64,000 nucleotides of DNA. Origin: an uncultured Planctomycetales bacterium (GTDB lineage Bacteria > Planctomycetota > UBA1135). The notes beneath the pieces are model-generated. The model made no database searches. It worked only from the letters and a program-made list of their open reading frames with translations, and had not been told where the DNA came from. Below are positions 48,715 through 58,625 of the stretch, piece after piece; position 1 is the stretch's first letter, and each line of letters starts with the position of its first letter. Location of the stretch: positions 8,117 to 72,116 of the forward strand of contig CAZPAY010000007.1 of assembly GCA_964584805.1 (NCBI GenBank), given 5' to 3'. The translations under genes were made by a program, and so were the position numbers.

Positions 48715-49317
48715 TCAAGCCTCAGATTCTTTTGGCTGCCAAGCCAATCCGCGCAAGGCAACAAACAGTACAAGAGCAATGCCCACCGACCACATCAAGT
48801 CGTGCCGCAAACCCGCAACACCCGCAAGCAATGAAGTTGAAAGGGCTTCGCTATCAACACCGTCGCCCATTTCAGCGACATCCTGAAAAATGCCTGTCAT
48901 TTCCGTCACCGCACTCACCAAAACATAACAAGGGTGAATCACAGTCATCATCGAAAGTGCCTCAAAAGTTTTCTTACTGCGGCCGTAAGTAAACAGTAAG
49001 GAGAGCGCGAGCAACCAGCTAGCTAACGCTCCTGCAATTGGGTAAACCAAGGTCATCGAAAGGATGCCCGCATTAACAGATGGGTCGTCTGCCATGCTTT
49101 CAAAAATGGCGAGGCTACCCGATTCGTCAACAGCATAAACATCAAAAATTTGCCAGACTCCAAAAGCTGCCGAGAGCAAATTGAACAAAAGTAACAGGCT
49201 CATGGCCCGCATCAAAAAAGGCAGGCGACGCGGGTCGCGACCGAAGAATGCCCAACCTCCGCCGGCAAAAGCTAGCGGAACGCACAAGAGTGAAACAATC
49301 GGCAAAAACTCAGTCAT
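48715..49317 (-). CDS. Hypothetical multi-TM membrane protein
   Basis: About five hydrophobic segments; directly downstream of the DUF4340 gene (2-bp gap). Confidence 0.65.
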   Translation of the reverse strand: MTEFLPIVSLLCVPLAFAGGGWAFFGRDPRRLPFLMRAMSLLLLFNLLSAAFGVWQIFDVYAVDESGSLAIFESMADDPSVNAGILSMTLVYPIAGALASWLLALSLLFTYGRSKKTFEALSMMTVIHPCYVLVSAVTEMTGIFQDVAEMGDGVDSEALSTSLLAGVAGLRHDLMWSVGIALVLFVALRGLAWQPKESEA

Positions 49318-49319
49318 GG

Positions 49320-50351
49320 CTATTCTTCTTGGCGACTCTCAACAAAAAAGGAAAGATCGACCTGACGCAAACTTTCCGCCTCGTACTCCGCGACGGTGTA
49401 AACCCACGGCAAGCCTTCAATGTAGATGTAGCGATGGCCATCACTTGCCGATGCGCCTAGCTGAAACTGGAAAACAGCCCCGCCGATGCCAGCTCGAAAA
49501 ACATCAACGCCCAGGCCATAGCGCGTGGCTACTGGGCGACTTGTTTCAACAGCCTCGACCACATCAGATGCTCGCAAGTCAGTCAAAACCGCAAGCAATT
49601 GCTCCGCAGCCCAATTCGGCACTTGACCAGAAGGTAAAGACCAAGTCGATTGCTCGACACCATTAATGAGCTCTGTCTTTTCACTGCGAGTCAATCGCCA
49701 ACTTGAATCAGGCGCGTCAGAAATGCGCTCAACCCAGGTCACATCACTCGGCTCAACAGACGCGAGAAACTTATTCTCAATCCAATCGGCAGGATCCGTC
49801 ACTGGAGCGATGTAATTGTTTGACAGAAAGACTTCGGATTCACCTGCACGGCGCACATAAAAAGCCAAGATGGCCCGCTCCGACTCTTCAGGGCTGATTT
49901 CCTGACCGCGCAATTTTCCGGCCATCAAGTCGGCCAACACGACACCAGAACCATCACGCACTGTGACTCGCACGGCATGCTCTGCATCGACTCCATAGAC
50001 TTTATGGTTGGCTCGGTTATCTGAAACCAAATCACGAGATTTCAGTGAAGTCAAAGTTGCGAACAAATTGGCAAGTCTGGCCAAATGAGCCGGGTGGCCC
50101 AACTTAGTTGCCACACGCCACTTGCCTTCAAGCAAATGAAGTTTTGCTTCATTGCCAGGCGAAACAATCTCGACCTCAACAGCCGAGTCGATCACCTTCG
50201 CCAAGCCAGGGAAAAGCAAACCGATACCGGCACTCGTACGAGTGTGAGCGTCGCCCTGCCACGGCTTATGCACGACAAGAGCCCCTGCCGTCAACAAACA
50301 AAAGCAAAGTGCCAACCACAAATTGCGGCGAATTAACGAAGAAGAGATCAT
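49320..50351 (-). CDS. DUF4340 domain protein (GldG-associated)
   Basis: N-terminal anchor; YGVD..HA..VTV, YVRR.GE.EV; ATGA overlap with the GldG-like gene. Confidence 0.75.
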   Translation of the reverse strand: MISSSLIRRNLWLALCFCLLTAGALVVHKPWQGDAHTRTSAGIGLLFPGLAKVIDSAVEVEIVSPGNEAKLHLLEGKWRVATKLGHPAHLARLANLFATLTSLKSRDLVSDNRANHKVYGVDAEHAVRVTVRDGSGVVLADLMAGKLRGQEISPEESERAILAFYVRRAGESEVFLSNNYIAPVTDPADWIENKFLASVEPSDVTWVERISDAPDSSWRLTRSEKTELINGVEQSTWSLPSGQVPNWAAEQLLAVLTDLRASDVVEAVETSRPVATRYGLGVDVFRAGIGGAVFQFQLGASASDGHRYIYIEGLPWVYTVAEYEAESLRQVDLSFFVESRQEE

Positions 50352-52039
50352 GCCTCGCCTCCAGGAACCGAGCGCGACCAAGGGCGTTTAGCGGCTTTTG
50401 CGTGATAAGAGAAATGCGCGAAAGACAGCAGGAGTGTAAGGAGTAATGGCATAAAGACATTGCTCCAGGCAAGGGAGCGGCGCTCAGATCGCTCGTATTC
50501 TTTTGCCTCGCGGTCTAAGGAGTCTGCCTCTTCGGATGTACTTGGCGCACCACCCTGTTCCGCAATGTATTCATTGTAAAAATGAGGAATCCGCCGCGTG
50601 CGTTTCCCACGAGAGCGCAAGCCGATGAGCGAGCCTCGCTGTGCCATCCAGTCGACCAAGTTAGCAAGGAGGTCAGCATTGATTGAACCCGCCTGCAAAG
50701 AGGCGTTATGAAACAAGTCTGCGTCGCCAAGGATGGTCAATAGGCCATTGCCCTCAACAATGTCATGCAAGCTGACGGCCAACGAGTAAGATCGAGGCAA
50801 GCCAGACGCCACAGCAGCTGCTCGCTGTTGCTCGATATTCTCTGCCGACATTTTTAAGTTTGCCCCCGGCGGTAACAACCACGCTTGCTCGGATGAGCTC
50901 AGCAGAGTCTCAGCCGAGTATTCGAATCTGGCTTTATCTTCCAGAAGAATCGGATGCGCCCAAAAAAGCAAAGCATCTGAGAGGGAAGCTGTGACGACAT
51001 GATTGGGATTTAGACCGCCATCAGACAGGACGGGCAAAAATCCATAAGGCATCGTGATTTGCGCCTGCTTCACAGTGCCATCTGGCATAGGCACATCACG
51101 GCTTCCAACAGGAGCTTCTTGGGAATGAACATCCCAAAGTAAACTCGATTGGGGATGGACCCCTAAACTCGCAAGCCAATCTTGCAAACCAGACTGAATG
51201 GGGCGCGCGCCCAAACCTGGCGAAATTTCTTCTCCATCCCAAAGCATGAGAACATGCCCCCCTCCAGCCAAATAATGCTGAATGGCCGACAACTCATTTT
51301 CATTGACACCTTCGGGGCGTGCAACGATCAACAAATCGGCATCGTCTCCTAATCGCAGGCCATCGAGTGTCGCATCAAGCGTGACATCATCAATGCGATA
51401 ACGGTCTCGTAGAATTGCGCGCATATTCGCAAAAATACGATCGGCAGGCACGGGAACACTGATGCCTGGCACAGGTGGCGGCATAACCGATTCACGCGAG
51501 AAAAAAGCAACGCGAGGTTGCTCAGGCTTTAAGAGTGCATTCAGCCGCGTCACAAACGAAAACTCAAATTCTGCAGGGATGCAAAATGGAATCACCTCAG
51601 ATGCATCTTGGTAACGCATCTCTAGTCCTTGATAGAGGGTGTTCATGCTGACTGAACCAACGCGACGGCTCGGCAGCGGGACAGCAGCAATACCAATATG
51701 CTCAGCATCACGCGATGCAGCGAGATCCGTGGTCGGGTCAACCATCTCGACCACCATTTTGCCGTCGGATGCTTGAGACATTTCTTCGAGCAAATCCTCA
51801 AGAACCATGCGAGCGGGAAGCAACCCTTCCGCGCCTTCGATGTCACGGTTAAAGTAAAGTTTGACCTGCAAGCGGTCGTCAAGCTCGCCGAGCAAGTCTA
51901 TGGTTGAATCCGCAAGAGTAAATTCTTGGTCTGCAGTCAAGTCGAGACGGCTCGAAATTGCCTGGGAAAGACTTAAGAAAGCGATTAGCGAGCCAAAAAG
52001 AAAAACTGCAGCCCAGCGAATGTGTTGACGCGCACTCAT
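50348..52039 (-). CDS. GldG-family ABC transporter auxiliary component
   Basis: Motifs RLDLT.D..FTL.DST..LL..L, YL.GGG.VL, GDAD, NLVDW, LIGLRSR. Confidence 0.85.
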   Translation of the reverse strand: MSARQHIRWAAVFLFGSLIAFLSLSQAISSRLDLTADQEFTLADSTIDLLGELDDRLQVKLYFNRDIEGAEGLLPARMVLEDLLEEMSQASDGKMVVEMVDPTTDLAASRDAEHIGIAAVPLPSRRVGSVSMNTLYQGLEMRYQDASEVIPFCIPAEFEFSFVTRLNALLKPEQPRVAFFSRESVMPPPVPGISVPVPADRIFANMRAILRDRYRIDDVTLDATLDGLRLGDDADLLIVARPEGVNENELSAIQHYLAGGGHVLMLWDGEEISPGLGARPIQSGLQDWLASLGVHPQSSLLWDVHSQEAPVGSRDVPMPDGTVKQAQITMPYGFLPVLSDGGLNPNHVVTASLSDALLFWAHPILLEDKARFEYSAETLLSSSEQAWLLPPGANLKMSAENIEQQRAAAVASGLPRSYSLAVSLHDIVEGNGLLTILGDADLFHNASLQAGSINADLLANLVDWMAQRGSLIGLRSRGKRTRRIPHFYNEYIAEQGGAPSTSEEADSLDREAKEYERSERRSLAWSNVFMPLLLTLLLSFAHFSYHAKAAKRPWSRSVPGGEA

Positions 52040-52755
52040 GATGCCCTCCGATGCTCAAAGATGAGGCCATTCAGGCAGAGAAAGAAGACCGTCACGGCGA
52101 AGTAAAAGAGCACATCGCGCAAATCGACTACACCTCTTGCAAAAGCAAAGAAGTGCCCATCAAAATCGGCGGCCAAAATTACGCGGCCAAGAGTCGGTGG
52201 CATCGCCTCTGCAGTTGCAGCGAAATCGAGCATATTCCAGGTCATCAAACCGACTGCAGCCAGTAGCCAAGCGACGACTTGGTTGCGCGTGCAGGCAGAC
52301 AAGAAAAGGCCAAATGAAATTGCTGCCGCACCCATTAGCATTGCGCCCAAATATCCACCCAGGACTGGGCCCCAATCTAAATCCCCCAAACTTGCGACGG
52401 TCAGCGGAATGCCAATTGTGAAGAACAAAGAAGCCGCCAAGAGCCCCCAAGCACCAAGAAACTTACCCAAGACCAAATCGCGCAAGCGCAAGGGGTAAGT
52501 CAGTAGTAGTTCTTCCGTGCCTGCTCGCCGCTCTTCCGCCCAAGCCCGCATAGTGATAGCCGGGATTACTACGATAAAAAGCCAAGGGAGCAATCCAAAA
52601 AAATCTCGTAGAGTCGCCACGCCACGGTCGAAGAACGGCCCCATCACAAAAAAGAACGCCGCTGAGACGGCAGGTAACAAGGCCAGCAAGACATAGGCAA
52701 TCGGTGAATCAACGGACGACTTCCACTCGCGTTTCGCCAAAAGGAAAGCCTTCAT
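52036..52755 (-). CDS. ABC-2 permease (GldF-like)
   Basis: Motifs SPIAYV, PAITMR.WAEERR.GT.ELLLT.P, LGKFL, T.NQVVA, RGVVD.RD. Confidence 0.9.
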   Translation of the reverse strand: MKAFLLAKREWKSSVDSPIAYVLLALLPAVSAAFFFVMGPFFDRGVATLRDFFGLLPWLFIVVIPAITMRAWAEERRAGTEELLLTYPLRLRDLVLGKFLGAWGLLAASLFFTIGIPLTVASLGDLDWGPVLGGYLGAMLMGAAAISFGLFLSACTRNQVVAWLLAAVGLMTWNMLDFAATAEAMPPTLGRVILAADFDGHFFAFARGVVDLRDVLFYFAVTVFFLCLNGLIFEHRRAS

Positions 52756-53729
52756 GAGTAAACCTCACTTGTTTGGTTTTGACCCAATGCTCGAAACAGG
52801 GACTCTAATGTGGCCGTTTGTGGAGCGAATGCTGTCAACTCGACCCCCGCAGCTGTGAGTGCGCGCACCGCAGTAGCTTGGGTTTGCACGGCATCATTTG
52901 AGAGAACGGACCATTCACACAACCAACTCGAAGCACCCGTAACGCCAGAGGGCATCACGCGGACGACTTCTGCGCCCGCCGCTCGACATGCGGCGGCCAG
53001 CGAATCTGAATCACCAAGCGCAGACACCTGGATCGGCATCACGCCCGATTGAGAGCTCAACTCAGCCAAGGAGCCATCGGCTACTTTCTCACCTTGGTGG
53101 AGCAAGACCACTCTGCCCGCCAAAGCCTCGACCTCACTCAAGACATGGCTCGTCAGTAAAACCGTCTTTTCACGCCCTAGTTCGCGAACCAACTCACGAA
53201 TCTCAACAACTTGCAAAGGGTCAAGCCCATTGGTTGGCTCATCGAGAATCAGCAAATCGGGTTCATGTAACAAAGCTTGCGCCAAGCCCGCACGCTGGCG
53301 GTAGCCCTTAGAGCATTCACCAAGCAGGCGGCCCCAAACTGTGGCCAAACCGGTTTGCTCAACCGTGCGGTCAATCGCAGCACGAGCTGCTGCACCCGAA
53401 AGCCCGCGTGCGCCGGCAGCAAACTTCAAAAAATCTTGCACGCGCATTTCGGTATAGAGTGGGTTGCTCTCAGGCAAATAGCCCAAATGCTGTTTCGCGG
53501 CCACGGGGTCAAGCGCAACATCAATGCCGCAAATTTTGGCTGCACCTGAGTCTGCGCCCAAATACCCAGCCAAGATGCGGATGGCCGTCGATTTACCCGC
53601 GCCATTAGGCCCAAGAAACCCCACGACCTCGCCCGCACCCACCTTAAAGCTCACCCCGCGCAGGGCGCAGACATCGCCAAAAGTCTTGACAAGTGCGGAA
53701 GCGGATACAACCGATTCGTTAGACATCAT
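52752..53729 (-). CDS. ABC transporter ATP-binding protein (GldA-like)
   Basis: Motifs GPNGAGKST, SKGYRQR, LILDEPTNGLDP, SH.L.EV. Confidence 0.92.
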   Translation of the reverse strand: MMSNESVVSASALVKTFGDVCALRGVSFKVGAGEVVGFLGPNGAGKSTAIRILAGYLGADSGAAKICGIDVALDPVAAKQHLGYLPESNPLYTEMRVQDFLKFAAGARGLSGAAARAAIDRTVEQTGLATVWGRLLGECSKGYRQRAGLAQALLHEPDLLILDEPTNGLDPLQVVEIRELVRELGREKTVLLTSHVLSEVEALAGRVVLLHQGEKVADGSLAELSSQSGVMPIQVSALGDSDSLAAACRAAGAEVVRVMPSGVTGASSWLCEWSVLSNDAVQTQATAVRALTAAGVELTAFAPQTATLESLFRALGQNQTSEVYS

Positions 53730-55224
53730 CTAAGGAGAACGCAGCCAGGAAATCTTGGTTGGACGGATATCGATGCATACGGTCGATCAACATCTCAACG
53801 GCCTCACGCGGGCGCAATGTTGACAAAACGCGGCGCAAAATATTTATTTTGCGCATCGTCACGCGGCTGTACAACTTTTCTTCTTTTCGCGTGCCTGTGG
53901 ACTCAATATCAATCGCGGGATAAATCCGACGATCGGCCAACATGCGGTGCAAAGTCAATTCCATGTTGCCGGTACCTTTGAACTCTTCGAAAATGATGTC
54001 GTCCATCTTTGAACCGGTACGCACTAGAGTTGTCGCCAGAATCGTCAATGACCCTGCCGTCTCGGTGTTACGCGCGGCGCCGAAGAAATGCTTTGGCTTA
54101 GTGAATACGCGAGCGTCAAGGCCACCCGACATTACTTTGCTGTCTTTGCCGCTCAAAGTGTTGTTGTAGGCGCGCGTCAATCGCGTGATGGAGTCAAGCA
54201 GAATGACCACATCTTTGCCGGTTTCAACCAAACGCTCGGCGTGATATTGCACCAGCTCTGCAAGCCGCACATGGTTCTTTGGCTTTTCATCCATTGTGCT
54301 GACGAAGACCTCACCGTTTTTCACCGCGCGCTTCCAATAGGTCGCCTCTTCGGGGCGCTCGTCAATGAGCAACACGATGAGATGAATTTCAGGGTAAAGC
54401 GCCTCAATGGATTCAGCAATTTGCTGCATAATTGTGGTCTTACCTGTGCGAGGTGGCGCAACAAGCAAACCGCGCTGCCCCCGCCCAATCGGCGAAAGCA
54501 AGTCAACCACACGCATTGAAATTTGGCCGTCACCCTCGTGCGTGCCTAACTCATAATGAAAGTCAGGGTCAATCACGGTGAGATTTTTGAACGGTTTGCG
54601 CCGACGATGCTCGGCCATATCGAGCCCATCAATGGATTCAAGAAAAGTCATTTTGGGCGATTGATGCCCGTGAGAAACGATGCCTTTGCCCACCAAATGG
54701 TGGCCACGCTTTAACTGAAACTTCTTGATGACATTGGCCGGCACCATCGGGTCGGATTTCTGCTCGGCCAGGTCGGCATCAATCTGGCGTAAATAGCCCG
54801 CAGCTCCGGGGAACATATCGAGAATACCCTCGATCGCGACCTCTTTGGGTGGACTCGCGGGCACTTTGGGCTTTCGAGAAGATTTACGAGACGAGCCGCG
54901 AGTCGCCTTATCGTCCGCATTATCGGTGCTCCCCTCATCATCATCGGAGCCTTGCGCAGCAGCCGTTGATTCGTCATTTGAATCCGGCATGCCGCCAGGG
55001 CGTCGCCGTCGACGACGGCGGCGACGAGGCGAAGCGCCTTCCCCGTCTGTGGTTACAGGCGTTTTCTCCTCGGCACCCTTTGAGGAATCCGAAGTAGAGT
55101 CATGGGTCGATTCAGCCGTTACAGATGTGGAATCACCACCATCTGCTTGTTGTGGACTACGACGGCGGCGTCTGCGCCGGCGGGGCCCTGATTCAGGTAA
55201 TTTATCTTCGGTCACGAGGACCAC
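53719..55224 (-). CDS. rho: Transcription termination factor Rho with a long low-complexity N-terminal extension
   Basis: Motifs PIGRGQR.L.VAPPRTGKT, LIDERPEE, DSITRL, SGG.D, EEFKGTGNME. The N-terminus has two poly-Arg runs. Confidence 0.96.
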   Translation of the reverse strand: MVLVTEDKLPESGPRRRRRRRRSPQQADGGDSTSVTAESTHDSTSDSSKGAEEKTPVTTDGEGASPRRRRRRRRRPGGMPDSNDESTAAAQGSDDDEGSTDNADDKATRGSSRKSSRKPKVPASPPKEVAIEGILDMFPGAAGYLRQIDADLAEQKSDPMVPANVIKKFQLKRGHHLVGKGIVSHGHQSPKMTFLESIDGLDMAEHRRRKPFKNLTVIDPDFHYELGTHEGDGQISMRVVDLLSPIGRGQRGLLVAPPRTGKTTIMQQIAESIEALYPEIHLIVLLIDERPEEATYWKRAVKNGEVFVSTMDEKPKNHVRLAELVQYHAERLVETGKDVVILLDSITRLTRAYNNTLSGKDSKVMSGGLDARVFTKPKHFFGAARNTETAGSLTILATTLVRTGSKMDDIIFEEFKGTGNMELTLHRMLADRRIYPAIDIESTGTRKEEKLYSRVTMRKINILRRVLSTLRPREAVEMLIDRMHRYPSNQDFLAAFSLDDV

Positions 55225-55369
55225 TCCCGGTTAGGGACTATCCGCCCCACAAAGGGAACGGGGACACGCCAAAATGGCGGAAACTAGGTCGGGCGGCACA
55301 ACTTGTGCTCCGACTCAACATGTCAAGCATAGCGCATCAGCACGCAAAACGCCACGGCAAAAGAGGAAT

Positions 55370-56881
55370 CTAGCGCCCCAAATCCACGAAAACGCCATTG
55401 TTTTCGCGCGACAAATGAACAAAAAAGCGTTTTTGAAAATCTCCAATTCCGATTGTATGGATTACCGTACGGCGAAATTGATTGATGTGCGTGATGGAAT
55501 TGCGAATATCTTCTACCTCGACCAATTCACCAACAGTTGGCTCGCCGTCTGACAGAAAGAAAAGGGTGTCGGGAGCACCCGGGATTTTTTTACTTACAGC
55601 ACCCGAGACAGGGCCCTTGAAACTCTTGCCGTCTCGCACGGCCAAACCAGCCAGCAAAGCAGCATAAGTATTTGTGCGCCCTGTGTCAGTCGATCCTTCG
55701 CCACCCAGCGGGCGCAACTTATCGACCCAAGAAATCGCACTTTTGCGGTTCAGCGCATTGGCCTTCACCATCTTTTTCTTCCAAGGGTAAATAGAACTCG
55801 CAAAAGAGATAATATTGAAAAAGACACCCTCTTCTAAACCTTCAATCGTACGCCTCAGCTCTTCGCGGACGATATCTAACTTTTCAAACGACTCAAAGCC
55901 TCGCTCACGAAAAGCATCCTTGTCAATCACCTCGTCTTTCATCGAGCCCGAGACATCAATCACAAACATGATTCGCTTACTTGTGGTCTGAATGCCGACA
56001 AAGGCAGACTCAGCATCTGGAAAACGATAGGCCTTGTTCTCCTCTTCGCGAGCCGCTCGCCTTTTAAGAACATCTTCATCACTTGGAAGTTGGTAGCCCT
56101 GAAGTTTGGCACGCTCCCACCAATTGCGCCAAGTTGCCGGATCATCACGCAAATTCAAGTCTGTCAACTCAATCAAAGTTGGATAAATCATCTGCAAGAT
56201 GCGCCCCTCCCCCGACTCACGCAATTCAAGCAGAGGCGGGATGGCCTCAATCACACGCACGGTGCGCAATGCGAGACAAGCCGCTGTTGCAACAGACAAA
56301 TGTTCATCCTGCAAAGCTCGCACCAAAACAGGGCCAGCAAGCTCTTTCTTTGTGTTTCCAATCAAGGCGAGCGAATCAATAGCCGCAACTCTCACCATCG
56401 GCTCGGGATCTTTTTCCGCCATTTTTGCAATCACCTCAATCGAGAGAGGGTCGCCAAGCCGCCCAAGCGCTGTCGTGACCCATAGGCGCACATCAGACGA
56501 TTTATGATTCATATGCGGCAAGAGAAGAGGTTGAAACTCTTTCCACCTATTCTGGGCAACGGCCTGAGCGATCATTGCAACGGTCCCTGCGGGCTTGCCG
56601 TCTTCAAGGATGGAAAGCATGGGCGCTCTCGACTCAACTTCTTTGAGGGCAGAGATAATCCGCAAAGCGGCCTGCGCCTCTGCTTCGCTCTTGCCTTTCA
56701 AAATAGGCAGCATAACTTTCGTCACTGCAGAAGATTCAATGTCTTCTAGAGACAAGATTAGCTCAACTCGCTCAACAGGGTCTTTGGACTTGCGAAAGAA
56801 CTTTTTAAAATCCTTAACCGTCTCATCATCCTGTACAGGAATGAGAGCCGCGAGAAATACGAGCAGTGCAGTGGCAAGCAT
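55370..56881 (-). CDS. Exported HEAT-repeat + von Willebrand A domain protein
   Basis: Signal peptide; HEAT repeats (VRLWVTTALGRLG, VRVAAIDSL); MIDAS DVSGSM, T.TY.AL, FLSDGEP, IHTIG. Confidence 0.85.
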   Translation of the reverse strand: MLATALLVFLAALIPVQDDETVKDFKKFFRKSKDPVERVELILSLEDIESSAVTKVMLPILKGKSEAEAQAALRIISALKEVESRAPMLSILEDGKPAGTVAMIAQAVAQNRWKEFQPLLLPHMNHKSSDVRLWVTTALGRLGDPLSIEVIAKMAEKDPEPMVRVAAIDSLALIGNTKKELAGPVLVRALQDEHLSVATAACLALRTVRVIEAIPPLLELRESGEGRILQMIYPTLIELTDLNLRDDPATWRNWWERAKLQGYQLPSDEDVLKRRAAREEENKAYRFPDAESAFVGIQTTSKRIMFVIDVSGSMKDEVIDKDAFRERGFESFEKLDIVREELRRTIEGLEEGVFFNIISFASSIYPWKKKMVKANALNRKSAISWVDKLRPLGGEGSTDTGRTNTYAALLAGLAVRDGKSFKGPVSGAVSKKIPGAPDTLFFLSDGEPTVGELVEVEDIRNSITHINQFRRTVIHTIGIGDFQKRFFVHLSRENNGVFVDLGR

Positions 56882-56901
56882 GGCACTCTAGGATAGCGGC
56901 A

Positions 56902-57735
56902 ATGCGGTTCACTCTCTCCACTCACCTGCTCGTTTATCACAAGCTCGACGATGCGGCGCTCGCGGCTTTAGCCAGCGGCCCATGGTCAGGGCTTGAGCTT
57001 TGGCTGGCAGAGCCACATGTACCTTGGAATGATTTAAGCGCGATGCGAATGCTGCGTGAGAACATGCAAGCCGTCGGCTTGCATGTTGAGACCGTGCATC
57101 TGCCGCTCTACCCCTCCGTTAGCCGCTTAATTGAAAAAGGCGAGCGCTGGTCGCTCATTGACGGCGACTTGTCACAGCGCGAGATTGCACTCAAGAGCAT
57201 GTGCCGTGGAATTGAGGCCGCAGCTACCGTAGGTGCTTGGGGTGCGGTGATGCACCTGGGTTGGCCCAATGACGATTGGTCAGCCCCGATTCCTGATTAT
57301 GCCCGCCACGCCGTCACCAAACTTCTGCAGTGCGCTCACGAAAACAAGATCACCCTCCTGCCGGAAAACATTCTTTCAGACGGCACCACTTGCGCAGCCC
57401 TGGTTTCCTTACTAAACGAGCTCGACCCCGAATTACGCGCCGGCATTTGCCTTGATTTTGGGCACGCCCACCTCACGGATTCCGTCATTGGAGAGCTGAA
57501 TGTTGCGGGAGAACGCGTGCAACATTTACATCTTCACGACAACGATGGCGAAAGTGATGCGCACTTGCATCCGGGGCAGGGCAACATTTCATTCCCGGAA
57601 GCATTTGAGCAATTACAAGCCCTATCCTTCCAAGGGACGGCCGCCTGGGAAATCCGCGATTACAGCCGCGGGAAAAAATCGCCACTAGAATTGGTTCAGG
57701 CCGTGGTTGGAAGTTGCGAGCCCCTCTCTAAATGA
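56902..57735 (+). CDS. Sugar phosphate isomerase/epimerase (xylose-isomerase-like TIM barrel)
   Basis: Motifs VHLP, VMHLG, PEN, CLDFGHAH, HLHLHDNDG..D.HL.PG.G.I. Confidence 0.85.
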   Translation: MRFTLSTHLLVYHKLDDAALAALASGPWSGLELWLAEPHVPWNDLSAMRMLRENMQAVGLHVETVHLPLYPSVSRLIEKGERWSLIDGDLSQREIALKSMCRGIEAAATVGAWGAVMHLGWPNDDWSAPIPDYARHAVTKLLQCAHENKITLLPENILSDGTTCAALVSLLNELDPELRAGICLDFGHAHLTDSVIGELNVAGERVQHLHLHDNDGESDAHLHPGQGNISFPEAFEQLQALSFQGTAAWEIRDYSRGKKSPLELVQAVVGSCEPLSK

Positions 57736-58625
57736 ACACCTCCGCCACGAACTTGCTGCAAGATTTCGTCCGGGGTGAAATCCCCGTGCGCGAGTTGACC
57801 GCAGAGGCATCCCCGCGGCGATATTTTCGAGCGACTCAATACGGCTCACCTTGGCTTTTCGTTAAATCGCCGCAAAGAGCACCCGTAGCGATTACAAAGT
57901 GGATGGCCTCCTTGGGCGTGCGCGTTCCAGAGATTGGGGCGGTAGCTGAAGGTGTCTACTTGGTGCAAGACTTGGGTGATGTGCACTTGTCCCATGCACC
58001 GACTTTAGAACACTACATTGAATTAATGCGTACCTGGGGCACTTTTGCTTTCGCAACGCTACCGAGTGATTTGCCGAATGCAAAGGTGGCACTTGATGCC
58101 GTTTTGTTCGAGCGTGAGTTAGCGCAATTCAAAGAGGCTTATTTAGAGAAGTTTTTAAGTTCAGAATTATCCATGCCTGAATACTTTGCTGCTCTCGCGC
58201 AGGGTGCGGCCAAGGGTCCGCAAGCCCTTCAGCACCGTGATTTCCATTGTCGAAATGTGCTCTTCCCTGATGTGGGATTAACAATTATCGACCACCAAGA
58301 TTTGCGAATGGGCCCCCTTTTCTATGATTTAGCATCGTTGCTGACCGACGCCTACCTCGATTTGAGCGATGGCGTACTCTCATTTTTGACTCAGCAAATC
58401 CCTCAACTTGGCGCTCGTTTTAACCTTAGCGCAAAAGAGGCACAAGAGCACTTTCAAAGGGTGGCAACACAGCGCGTCCTGAAGGCTCTTGGCACTTTCG
58501 GTTGGCTGCTGAATCAAGGTCGACAAGAATACGCCGAAGCAGAAGTCCGCGCCCGTGCGCATGCTTGCCGACTTCTCGATGGCCAAGAGGGTGCTCAAGA
58601 TTTACTCCGAGTGCTTTCGGCATGA
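57732..58625 (+). CDS. Aminoglycoside-phosphotransferase-family kinase, AmgK-like (anomeric MurNAc/GlcNAc kinase)
   Basis: Motifs EASPRRYFR, QDLGD, HRDFHCRN, IDHQD..MGP..YDLASLL.D, QR.LKALG.F; ATGA-coupled to a nucleotidyltransferase. Confidence 0.8.
   Translation: MNTSATNLLQDFVRGEIPVRELTAEASPRRYFRATQYGSPWLFVKSPQRAPVAITKWMASLGVRVPEIGAVAEGVYLVQDLGDVHLSHAPTLEHYIELMRTWGTFAFATLPSDLPNAKVALDAVLFERELAQFKEAYLEKFLSSELSMPEYFAALAQGAAKGPQALQHRDFHCRNVLFPDVGLTIIDHQDLRMGPLFYDLASLLTDAYLDLSDGVLSFLTQQIPQLGARFNLSAKEAQEHFQRVATQRVLKALGTFGWLLNQGRQEYAEAEVRARAHACRLLDGQEGAQDLLRVLSA

Noticed and set aside
49320-53729. gldA/F/G-like cluster as evidence of gliding motility
   Set aside because: GldAFG+DUF4340 ABC modules are widespread in non-gliding bacteria, and no gldK-N or spr genes are present here.
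55225-55369. TTGACA (minus strand, 55321-55326) upstream of rho as a promoter or structured leader
   Set aside because: There is no convincing -10 element at proper spacing and only weak hairpins.
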